This document shows positions 17,305-25,290 of a stretch of 64,000 nt of DNA, in pieces (within the stretch, counting starts at the first letter, position 1; every line of letters begins with the position of its first letter). The stretch lies in the IMG/VR virus record IMGVR_UViG_3300025129_000005, one strand, 5' to 3'. The notes below the pieces were generated by a model, which was not told the DNA's origin, did not search any database, and saw nothing but the letters and a program-made list of their open reading frames with translations. The translations under genes and the position numbers were made by a program. Source of the DNA: a virus (Duplodnaviria > Caudoviricetes).

Positions 17305-17780
17305 TGAACAATCGTTCTATTAAGAGTCATATAACATCAGGTTGTACAAAGTATGTCCCTGTATACCCTGAGAAGTATAAAGGCAAACCACCCATTATAT
17401 GTAGATCGGGTTGGGAAGAGGTATTCTGTCGATGGGCTGATCACTCAGGAGGCATCAAATCTTGGGCGAGCGAAGAGGTTTCGATTAGATATCAAGACCC
17501 CATTCAGCCCATCAAGAATAATAAACCACATTTCAAGACCTATTGGCCTGATTATGTGATTGAGACAATACATGATGAGATATATCTTATTGAGGTCAAG
17601 CCCTTTAAGTATACAAAACCACCAACAAAAAACAAGAATAAATCTCGAAAGACAATTATGACTGAGAACAAATCTTGGTTGGTTAATCAGGCTAAATGGA
17701 AAGCAGCCGACGTATACTGTTTTAAGAAGGGCTGGATATTTAAAATAATCACGGAAAAGGAATTATTTGGGAAATTATAA
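17304..17780 (+). CDS. gp4: Head completion nuclease gp4
   Basis: KYKG..PIICRSGWE..FC.W.D....WASEE..I.Y...Y.PD....LIEVKP...NQAKW.AA..C..GW.F.IITE. Confidence 0.9.
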   Translation: MNNRSIKSHITSGCTKYVPVYPEKYKGKPPIICRSGWEEVFCRWADHSGGIKSWASEEVSIRYQDPIQPIKNNKPHFKTYWPDYVIETIHDEIYLIEVKPFKYTKPPTKNKNKSRKTIMTENKSWLVNQAKWKAADVYCFKKGWIFKIITEKELFGKL

Positions 17781-18298
17781 TGGCTATTAGGGTAATCATG
17801 AGAAAGAATTTCCAGAATGTCGCATGGCGTTCTGGTCATATCTATAAATTTAAATATCAGGCATGGTCGAATGATCCAGAACCTGTGATAATTCTAATGT
17901 ATGCGTTGAGTGGTACACATCCTAACACTGGTCATGAGTGGAGATTTTTTCAGGGAATAAATTTCACTTATATAGATAGGTCTCATCGCAGACAATTTGC
18001 AAAGTCATGGGTCAGGGAATGGGAAACTACAGGTGGAAGTTTTCAGTTCACCTATGAGAGGGTGAAGAGACAATATCCCTATCTACAGACGGCGGTTAGG
18101 AGGTATTTCTTTAGCCCTGCTTATTATATACAAAACCCTATAGAAGTGCCATTAGAGGATATAGAAAGTGTCATTGTTAGTACATGGTCTAAAGATTTTA
18201 GTAAAAAATTAAGAACCAATCTTGTTCAAAAGTTTAAAGGGGCAAAACAAAGAATTGCACAGGGGTTGGAGACAGGTATATTCAAATCAAGACGATGA
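17780..18298 (+). CDS. gp2: DNA end protector gp2-like
   Basis: GHIYKFKY...P.P.I....F.GINF.Y; follows gp4 as in T4-like phages. Confidence 0.7.
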   Translation: MAIRVIMRKNFQNVAWRSGHIYKFKYQAWSNDPEPVIILMYALSGTHPNTGHEWRFFQGINFTYIDRSHRRQFAKSWVREWETTGGSFQFTYERVKRQYPYLQTAVRRYFFSPAYYIQNPIEVPLEDIESVIVSTWSKDFSKKLRTNLVQKFKGAKQRIAQGLETGIFKSRR

Positions 18299-18528
18299 AA
18301 TATGTAAAGTTAAACTTGACATTTGGGGATAAACTTAAAATGTTGTTATTTGGTTTGGTGCCAGAGGACAAACTCCCCGTCAAAGAAGTCGTCCGTGAAG
18401 ATATTGTCGAAAATGAGATTCGGCGTGTATATAATGACCATAAAGAAGTTATAAATACAAAAGATGATGAGAAATTTCATGTTCCATTTTTTGAGTTACA
18501 AGACGATGACGTGAAGAGTAATTTCTAA
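18295..18528 (+). CDS. Hypothetical protein
   Basis: 77 aa, overlapping in the operon. Confidence 0.6.
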   Translation: MKYVKLNLTFGDKLKMLLFGLVPEDKLPVKEVVREDIVENEIRRVYNDHKEVINTKDDEKFHVPFFELQDDDVKSNF

Positions 18529-18537
18529 GGAGTTTTT

Positions 18538-18975
18538 ATGAAAATAGATGAAGTTATAGATAGATATTTGGTGGAAATGGATATTGATAAAGTACTTAAA
18601 TCTTTGTTTGATGGTAAAACTAAAAGAAAAGCTTTAATAAAAAAATCTAGTTTTATTGATAAACTATTAGGTATTTTTGTCGATGTTAATTCAATTGATG
18701 GTGAACTTGGATTGAATGCCGACGCTATGCGAGATGTGTTAGATAGTGAAGGTTTCACTGATGAGGAAATAAAAGCCATAAGAGAAGTTGTTATTAAAGC
18801 ATCTAAGACTGTATCACGTTATATTGCGAACAAATATAAAATGAAGGTGTCAGAAATACCATCAAATTTTGGTGTTTATACTGTAGTTAATATGTCCCTT
18901 TCTGATAGTAAAATGGAGAAAGAATTTAACGATCTATTAAAGAAACAGGTATATCAAAGATTGAATAAGATATAA
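18538..18975 (+). CDS. Hypothetical protein, possible internal head protein
   Basis: Starts MKIDEVIDRYLVE; AAGGAG RBS. Confidence 0.6.
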   Translation: MKIDEVIDRYLVEMDIDKVLKSLFDGKTKRKALIKKSSFIDKLLGIFVDVNSIDGELGLNADAMRDVLDSEGFTDEEIKAIREVVIKASKTVSRYIANKYKMKVSEIPSNFGVYTVVNMSLSDSKMEKEFNDLLKKQVYQRLNKI

Positions 18976-18997
18976 GAGCAATTTCTAAGGTGTAAAT

Positions 18998-20113
18998 ATG
19001 TATGATATCGACAATATGATATTTCAGGATAAGGAGAAAATAGAAATGAGTGATACACAAACTGTTACCGAAAAAAGAACCGTTGTGAAAAGTGAAACTA
19101 AGGCTAAGAAAAACAAGCCGGGTATTGGATTAGATGTTGGTACAGGGTTTCTTGTTGGCGCGGGTTATGATGGAGCAAAAGTAAAATTCGCACCTCTCAG
19201 GGACGCATTTTATACTTTAGATAAAGATACATTTAATCGTTCAATGTTTGATAAGGGTAGTATGAAATATATAGAAATAGGTGGTAGTGTTCATGTTATT
19301 GGTGAGGATGCGTTAACTCTTGCCAAGATTAGAAATACTTCTGCCTCTCGTCCTTTGAGTGAAGGTGTAATTAACCCTAAAGAAAGGAATGCTGCACCTA
19401 TTTTAAAAGAAATGTTCAGATATTGTGTACAACCATTCATAAATCGAGAAGGAGAGACAATAGTTTTTTCTGTGCCTGCACAAAAGATTGGTGATGAAGG
19501 ATTTAACGTTGATTATCACTCTATGTCTATACAGTCATTGGCAAAAACCTTTGGACTTAATGCGGTACCTTTAAACGAAGCGTATGCTGTAATTCTTTCT
19601 GAGATGGAAAGTACTGATGATGTTACTGGATTAGGGTTTTCTTTCGGCGCAGGTTTAGTAAATGTGTGTTTTGTGTATAAATCTATGTTGTTGTTTGAAT
19701 TCAGCATAGGAAAATCAGGTGATTTTATTGATACAGAATCAGCAAAAGCGTGTGGAATTTCCACTTCTGTAATAAATCATATTAAAGAGAAGGAATTAGT
19801 TTTGACAGCTGATGAATTTTCTGCCTCTCCTGAAATTAGAGCGTTGATTTTTACTTATAGATACGTGATTAAGAATACCCTAAAAGAGGTACTCAGAGCA
19901 TTTACTACAACAAGTGATATTAATGTTATTGATCCAATTCCGATTGTTATTTCAGGTGGAACGAGTATTCCAGAGGGGTTTATTGATTTATTTCAAGAAG
20001 AGCTTAAAAACGTTAACTTGCCGTTCAAGGTAACAGAAGTTATCCCGGCTAAAAATAGGTTGGCGGCGGTTGCGCATGGCTGTTTGATCTGGGCGAACCA
20101 CCTAGAAAAATAA
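18998..20113 (+). CDS. Actin-like ATPase (actin/Hsp70 superfamily; ParM/MreB/MamK-like)
   Basis: Phosphate-1 GLDVGTG, connect NEAYA, phosphate-2 FSFGAG, adenosine ISGGTS, C-terminal AVAHGC. Confidence 0.85.
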   Translation: MYDIDNMIFQDKEKIEMSDTQTVTEKRTVVKSETKAKKNKPGIGLDVGTGFLVGAGYDGAKVKFAPLRDAFYTLDKDTFNRSMFDKGSMKYIEIGGSVHVIGEDALTLAKIRNTSASRPLSEGVINPKERNAAPILKEMFRYCVQPFINREGETIVFSVPAQKIGDEGFNVDYHSMSIQSLAKTFGLNAVPLNEAYAVILSEMESTDDVTGLGFSFGAGLVNVCFVYKSMLLFEFSIGKSGDFIDTESAKACGISTSVINHIKEKELVLTADEFSASPEIRALIFTYRYVIKNTLKEVLRAFTTTSDINVIDPIPIVISGGTSIPEGFIDLFQEELKNVNLPFKVTEVIPAKNRLAAVAHGCLIWANHLEK

Positions 20114-20126
20114 GAGAGAGGTAGTT

Positions 20127-20495
20127 ATGTCAGATGACAAAACGCCCATTCATTCCGAAGGCTGGAAGCAATGGTCAATGCAGGTAAAAGAGTCCCTTGA
20201 AAAATTAGAGAAGAAAGTAGAATTGTTAGAGGGTCGTACTACAAAACACAGAGAAGAATTTTTAGTTGAAACAACTACGCTAAAGGTTAAAGCTGGTGTT
20301 GTAGGTACGGTTGCAGGTATTATAGCATCTTTGGTGACTACTATTATGGGGGGTTTTATTGTATACCAGTTAACTACCGCTAGACATAGTAGCCCCCCTG
20401 AAACCTACAAACATCCATCACAGACAGAGCAGCCAGTCGGTATGATATCCCCTAGCTCACTAAATATTTTGAATATAAAGGGGGATATTAGCTAA
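20127..20495 (+). CDS. Coiled-coil plus single-TM protein (holin/XhlA-like)
   Basis: W..W...V..SLEKLEKKV coiled coil, then Gly-rich TM KAGVVGTVAGIIASLVTTIMGGFIVY. Confidence 0.55.
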   Translation: MSDDKTPIHSEGWKQWSMQVKESLEKLEKKVELLEGRTTKHREEFLVETTTLKVKAGVVGTVAGIIASLVTTIMGGFIVYQLTTARHSSPPETYKHPSQTEQPVGMISPSSLNILNIKGDIS

Positions 20496-21622
20496 TGGGG
20501 TGGATTGATAATTTATCGAGACGTATCGGCGAAAGAAAGGTTAAATCAATGATAGAAAAGGAACATCAGGAAACTCCTATGCCAGATATCAAAAAAGATC
20601 TTGATGACCTTGAAGAGTTGAGATTACAGTTGGTAAAAAAAGACGAGGAACTCGAAAAAACTCGCCTCGAATGGGATCGGACTTTTGATTCAATCATCGA
20701 TAACATAGTATTAATTGACAGGGATATGTGTATAACAAAGGCTAACAATTCTTTCCATGATTGCATGGAAAGAGAGGTTGGTCATATAGAATATCTGGGT
20801 ATGAGATGGTCTGATTTTAGAAGCATTTCGGGTATACCAAGTGACGTATGTCCTGTAGAAAGATGCTTTGAAACCGGAGTTCATCAAGAAGCAACTATTC
20901 CGATTCGAGGTAAAATAGTGGCTGTCACGGTTAATCCTATATATATTAACACAACAATGGGTAAAGAGATACTTGGTGTCGTTCGTGTATCAAGAGATAT
21001 AACCTCTGTGGAGAAGATTAAAACCACATTAGAGAGACGATCTACTATATACCACGCTATATCAGAAATGAGTAAAATATTAGTTAATCATAGGAATTGG
21101 AGTTCTGCTGTTAATTTGATCCTTGGTGATCTCGGTAGAGCAATAGGTGCTAGCAGGGTATATATTTTTAAAAATGAAATAAGGGGTGATTGTATCTGTT
21201 CAATCCGACAGAGTGTTTTTCATAACAAACAAAGGGATTATTGTGATTCTGGTGATTTAACTGATTGTATTAATTATGATTTATTACCGGAATGGCGTTC
21301 TAAAATGGAACATGGTTTGTCTGTTGAGGGGAGTATCATAGATTGTGATTTGTGTCCCAATAAACATGCATGTAAATGCTCGGATGAGGTCTTGGTTTGC
21401 GCTGTCCCTGTTTTTGTTGATGGTAGCTGGTGGGGTTTTATTGGATTTGACTATCAGAACGGAACACGTATTTGGAAGGACGAGGATGCCACTTTGTTAC
21501 GAATTGCGGCAGATATCCTTGGTGGCGTCATTTATCACCGCAGTAGATATTTTGATGCTTTGAATGCTTTGAATGGTTTGGAAGATTGTGTAGATGAACT
21601 GGTTCATGAAAGGGAATTATAG
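20495..21622 (+). CDS. Stand-alone coiled-coil-PAS-GAF sensor protein with no output domain
   Basis: EWDRTFDSIIDNIVLID...KAN...CP...C...VRVSRDIT (PAS with DIT motif); LGRAIGASRVYIF...AVPVFVDGSWWGFIGFD...W..EDATLLRIAADILG (GAF). Confidence 0.9.
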   Translation: MGWIDNLSRRIGERKVKSMIEKEHQETPMPDIKKDLDDLEELRLQLVKKDEELEKTRLEWDRTFDSIIDNIVLIDRDMCITKANNSFHDCMEREVGHIEYLGMRWSDFRSISGIPSDVCPVERCFETGVHQEATIPIRGKIVAVTVNPIYINTTMGKEILGVVRVSRDITSVEKIKTTLERRSTIYHAISEMSKILVNHRNWSSAVNLILGDLGRAIGASRVYIFKNEIRGDCICSIRQSVFHNKQRDYCDSGDLTDCINYDLLPEWRSKMEHGLSVEGSIIDCDLCPNKHACKCSDEVLVCAVPVFVDGSWWGFIGFDYQNGTRIWKDEDATLLRIAADILGGVIYHRSRYFDALNALNGLEDCVDELVHEREL

Positions 21623-21625
21623 GTT

Positions 21626-23071
21626 ATGGCGGTAACAGTAAATACCAGTAATTATTCACTATTAAGTAACTGTGATTCATTAACCAGTGGTGGGACGTGG
21701 ACTGGCGGTAATGCCAGAACCATTGAAACAGATTTTTATAAATTTGATGGTGGTGGTGGTACACCCGCGTGTATCGCTTATACAATAAGAACTATCTCAA
21801 ACTATCAGCTGAATTTTTCACCAACGACCTCCGTTAATTTAACAGTAGGATCTCCTATTATACGATTGTGGTTCTTGTCGTCTCAACAATTTGCTTCTCA
21901 AGCATTAGGTGGTATTAGATTTTATATAACCAATGGTGTAAACACAGCGTACTGGAATGTATTAGGAGGGGACACGTACCCCGGTGGTTGGTATATGATT
22001 GCTGTTGACACTGACACAACACAAACCAGCGGAACAAAACCTACCATGACATCCATCACCGGGATCGGTTTGGATATCACGACAACAGCCGCTTCAAAGA
22101 ATATTCCCACTACATATATAGATCATTTGCATAGGTTGGATAGTTTGATTACATATGGTGATGTTGGAGGTGTAAGCCCGTATGGTATAGAAGAGGTATA
22201 TCAGGCACAGAATACAACCACAACAGCATATGGTGTAATAAGAAAGGTTAACTCTGTTTATTTCCTCGCAGGTTCTTATGGTATAGGTGATGCCACTGGT
22301 GCAAACAATACGGATTACGCTGATAGTGATGAAGTTATCATATATGACGGATCGCCTATGGCCGATGGTAAATTCAATATAATCGTGGTTGAGGGAACCG
22401 GTGTAACCGATGCATCATTTAACCAATGTGTTATAAAAGCATCAGGAAATCCTTTTGATTTTAATGGTACGGACACTGGTGTACCTATATCACTAACTGG
22501 TAACAGTTTCATTAATTGTCGATTGCCTGAGTTTTCCTCTGATGATACTGTAACAAGCAATAATTTTATTGGTTGTAATGCAGTATATCCATATTCAAGT
22601 ACTTTTGAGAATAATACAATTTCTGCCAGTATTGAGACTGTCACGGGATCGTTATATATAGATTCTACATCAACGGCAACTAATTGTGTTAATTTAACAT
22701 TTAATACTTATAGTGGAAAATATGCGGTTTATATTCCGGCAACGGTAACGGGATCTATAACATTTGATAATTGGCAGTTTGATGGTAGCGGTACGGATGC
22801 TTATTCAGGGAACATGCTTGATGCTGCTAAACCTTCAACTGGTGTGTTTGGTATGACCTCTCAGGCAAATACCATGTATACTACATTGATGAAAGATGGT
22901 TATGTTCAACTTGATCTTAGAGAACACTTTGAACGTAATACAGAATTGATGTATAGAAAGGCAGAGTTAGACGACGAGCCGGACAATTGGGCTATACGAG
23001 TTAAAACATTTAATGATGCGGATACAGCACAGCTGGCATTTGCTATTTCGTGGTTGGAAATTAGAGCCTAA
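21626..23071 (+). CDS. Putative virion structural protein with beta-helix-like middle
   Basis: Thr/Gly/Asn-rich; FNQC, FINC, FIGC and FENN spaced repeats. Confidence 0.55.
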   Translation: MAVTVNTSNYSLLSNCDSLTSGGTWTGGNARTIETDFYKFDGGGGTPACIAYTIRTISNYQLNFSPTTSVNLTVGSPIIRLWFLSSQQFASQALGGIRFYITNGVNTAYWNVLGGDTYPGGWYMIAVDTDTTQTSGTKPTMTSITGIGLDITTTAASKNIPTTYIDHLHRLDSLITYGDVGGVSPYGIEEVYQAQNTTTTAYGVIRKVNSVYFLAGSYGIGDATGANNTDYADSDEVIIYDGSPMADGKFNIIVVEGTGVTDASFNQCVIKASGNPFDFNGTDTGVPISLTGNSFINCRLPEFSSDDTVTSNNFIGCNAVYPYSSTFENNTISASIETVTGSLYIDSTSTATNCVNLTFNTYSGKYAVYIPATVTGSITFDNWQFDGSGTDAYSGNMLDAAKPSTGVFGMTSQANTMYTTLMKDGYVQLDLREHFERNTELMYRKAELDDEPDNWAIRVKTFNDADTAQLAFAISWLEIRA

Positions 23072-23904
23072 TGTTACAGAGTATTGCTTGGGGTAACCAA
23101 TGGGATTACTGGAAATACTTTGATGGTGAAGTTGATGACCATAGAGTCATGTTTGATGGTCCCACAAAAACTATTTGGATACTTGAAGGAATTTCTGAGA
23201 TCTTTGTTAAAGAACATCTTTATTCTGATTGGAAAGAGTGGATTTCTTTATACGATCATACCAAGTACCCACAAGCATTTGAAACAGAGGGCGGTAGACC
23301 CATTTCTGCAACAGAACGATTAGGTGATTCCTATCTCTTGATCAACGATTGGACTATTAGACAAAGAGATTCAAGAACTACGGTTAATGTCATAGGAAAC
23401 CTATATGCATATGATTCTAATAACGAGGCAAAAGATCCATACGGTGTTGATCCATATGGAGGTAGGAGTATCACATCAAAGGTTTCCAGTATAGTGAATA
23501 CCATATCACCTGATGTTAGTGGTATAGTAATAGATTACAATCAGGTTGCTTCTGCTGTTTGGAATGCGATGAAAATATCACATACGTCCAATGGCACGAT
23601 GGGACAACAAATGTCCAACATCCCCACAACGCAGCAAATTGTTAATGGTGTTTGGGATGAGAGCGCAACTAATCACAGGGGCGTTGGAAGTATTGGTGAA
23701 CAACAATATTTAACACATGAAGAATCAAAACGATCCAGACAGATGGCAACCAACAATGTTGAGATATCAAGGATTGGTTCTGGTGTATCACAAGTTGATA
23801 TGATTAATGTTTATGATGATGACGGTATAACTCTATTATACACTATTAAAGTAACAGGTGAGGATGCTGACAACAGAGAAGTCACTTACACTAAACCGTA
23901 TTAA
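23071..23904 (+). CDS. Putative virion structural protein
   Basis: LYSDWKEW and GG.PI motifs; two xVW(N/D)x..H..G.(M/I)G repeats. Confidence 0.55.
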   Translation: MLQSIAWGNQWDYWKYFDGEVDDHRVMFDGPTKTIWILEGISEIFVKEHLYSDWKEWISLYDHTKYPQAFETEGGRPISATERLGDSYLLINDWTIRQRDSRTTVNVIGNLYAYDSNNEAKDPYGVDPYGGRSITSKVSSIVNTISPDVSGIVIDYNQVASAVWNAMKISHTSNGTMGQQMSNIPTTQQIVNGVWDESATNHRGVGSIGEQQYLTHEESKRSRQMATNNVEISRIGSGVSQVDMINVYDDDGITLLYTIKVTGEDADNREVTYTKPY

Positions 23905-23916
23905 GGGGATTTATTA

Positions 23917-24174
23917 ATGGGCGTATATCCAATGTGGATGAATAGAAGGGGCTGTAAACCCATTACTATCGAAATCCCTGTCCCCGGTAACGGCGGTAGT
24001 GGAGGTGGCGGTAGTGGAGGTGGCGGTAGTGGAGGTGGCGGTGGTGCAGTTATACCAATAAAACAACCACTCCCTAAAGTAAGGATTAAGAAAGTCATCG
24101 TAATGGATGAGTATGAACATATGAATGTAACGGTATTACAGGTAATTGACCTGTCATTGAATGGAGGAATATAA
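23917..24174 (+). CDS. Small protein with (GGGGS)-type linker
   Basis: 85 aa with GGSGGGGSGGGGSGGGGG. Confidence 0.65.
   Translation: MGVYPMWMNRRGCKPITIEIPVPGNGGSGGGGSGGGGSGGGGGAVIPIKQPLPKVRIKKVIVMDEYEHMNVTVLQVIDLSLNGGI
23992..24042. repeat. 15-bp tandem repeat GGCGGTAGTGGAGGT x3.4
   Basis: Exact copies in sequence. Confidence 0.95.
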
Positions 24175-24665
24175 TGTTAACGTTTGAAAAGAGGAAGACA
24201 AAGAAATTGTCCATGCCTGTTCTCGTTGAAGGTATTGATCAATCATTCCTTAGATTCAAGTTTGTTATTGAATCAAATGGAGTAGAATATGCCTTCCCTG
24301 CAGAGAGAGGTGGTGATAGCGTAAACTTCATCATCCCGCCTTTGGATACAGTTATTAGAGATATTGAGGATGGTACCTATAATGCCAAACTCGAAGTTTC
24401 TGCTATCACAGAGGGTGACAGAGGATTTTTTATGCAGCCATGGGGCGAGCAGATCAGGGTTAAGAATTCGGTTATGGTTAAACTTGAAGACCCGGTAGTG
24501 GAAGAGGATAAAATCGAAGAGGCTCCTTCCGAAAAGGTCAAACTTAAGATTACCAGTATATTTACAGAAGAAGATATTAGCACTCCAGTTAAAGAGGAAT
24601 GTGACGACGATAATAATAATGAAAAGAAAAAGAAAAATGACAAAATGAGAAAGAAATTTCTCTAA
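24174..24665 (+). CDS. Hypothetical protein
   Basis: 163 aa; GGAGG RBS; acidic/basic tail. Confidence 0.7.
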   Translation: MLTFEKRKTKKLSMPVLVEGIDQSFLRFKFVIESNGVEYAFPAERGGDSVNFIIPPLDTVIRDIEDGTYNAKLEVSAITEGDRGFFMQPWGEQIRVKNSVMVKLEDPVVEEDKIEEAPSEKVKLKITSIFTEEDISTPVKEECDDDNNNEKKKKNDKMRKKFL

Positions 24666-24670
24666 TAAAG

Positions 24671-24699
24671 TTTACATATATGGTAAAAATTGCTATCAT
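24671..24699 (+). promoter_or_regulatory. Sigma70-type promoter TTTACA-17-TATCAT (extended -10)
   Basis: -35 at 24671-24676, TG motif, -10 at 24694-24699. Confidence 0.6.
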
Positions 24700-24719
24700 A
24701 TGATTAAATTAAATAATTT

Positions 24720-25088
24720 GTGGAGGTTTGTAATATGAAGTTTGCGTTAGGTGAAATCCGAGGAATGAAAGATCCTCTTACGGTGTTAATCGAAAAGCAG
24801 ATACCCATTAAAGCGGCGTGGAAACTAAATCGTCTCATTAAGTCTTTTGATAAAGAACTCGGAGAAATCGAAGAATTTCGTGTTAACCTAGTTCAAAAAC
24901 TAGGCGATACGGGTGAGGACGGTAATATACAAGTACCTAAAGATAAAATGTCAATTTTTGTAGAAGAGTTCAATGAACTTCTTTCTCAAGAAGTTGATAT
25001 TGAATTTGATCCAATTGATATTGATGTTTTCGGTGATGTCTCGCTCAGTGCCAAGGATATGTTATTGTTAGATAAAATTTTTAAATAG
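24720..25088 (+). CDS. Helical phage protein (DUF1617-like); true start probably ATG 24735
   Basis: L..L....IPIKAAWKL.R.IK....EL..IEE.R..L..K.G pattern. Confidence 0.55.
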   Translation: MEVCNMKFALGEIRGMKDPLTVLIEKQIPIKAAWKLNRLIKSFDKELGEIEEFRVNLVQKLGDTGEDGNIQVPKDKMSIFVEEFNELLSQEVDIEFDPIDIDVFGDVSLSAKDMLLLDKIFK

Positions 25089-25115
25089 AAAATTTACAAA
25101 AAAATGAACAATTAT

Positions 25116-25143
25116 AGGGATGCCTGATGGTATCCTTTTTTTT
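25116..25143 (+). terminator. Intrinsic terminator
   Basis: AGGGATGCC-tgat-GGTATCCT plus a long T-run. Confidence 0.8.
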
Positions 25144-25246
25144 ATGTCAAAAGAGTATTTATACACTATATGTATATTTTTAAAACTTGTTGAAAAAGTC
25201 AATCATTAAACAATAAATGAGAAACCACGATGAGTGTTATTTTTTT

Positions 25247-25254
25247 TATAAATA
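25247..25254 (+). promoter_or_regulatory. T4-type late promoter TATAAATA
   Basis: Exact consensus upstream of 25291. Confidence 0.8.
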
Positions 25255-25290
25255 ACTTATAGATGAAATTAAGTTATTGGAGACACTAAT

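Noticed and set aside
17304-17780. TnsA-like transposase or homing endonuclease
   Set aside because: Motifs and position next to gp2 fit the T4 head-completion nuclease gp4; no transposon ends seen
23901-24120. Minus-strand poly-Pro and TTATS ORFs
   Set aside because: Antisense readings of the 15-bp Gly repeat; the plus ORF fits the operon
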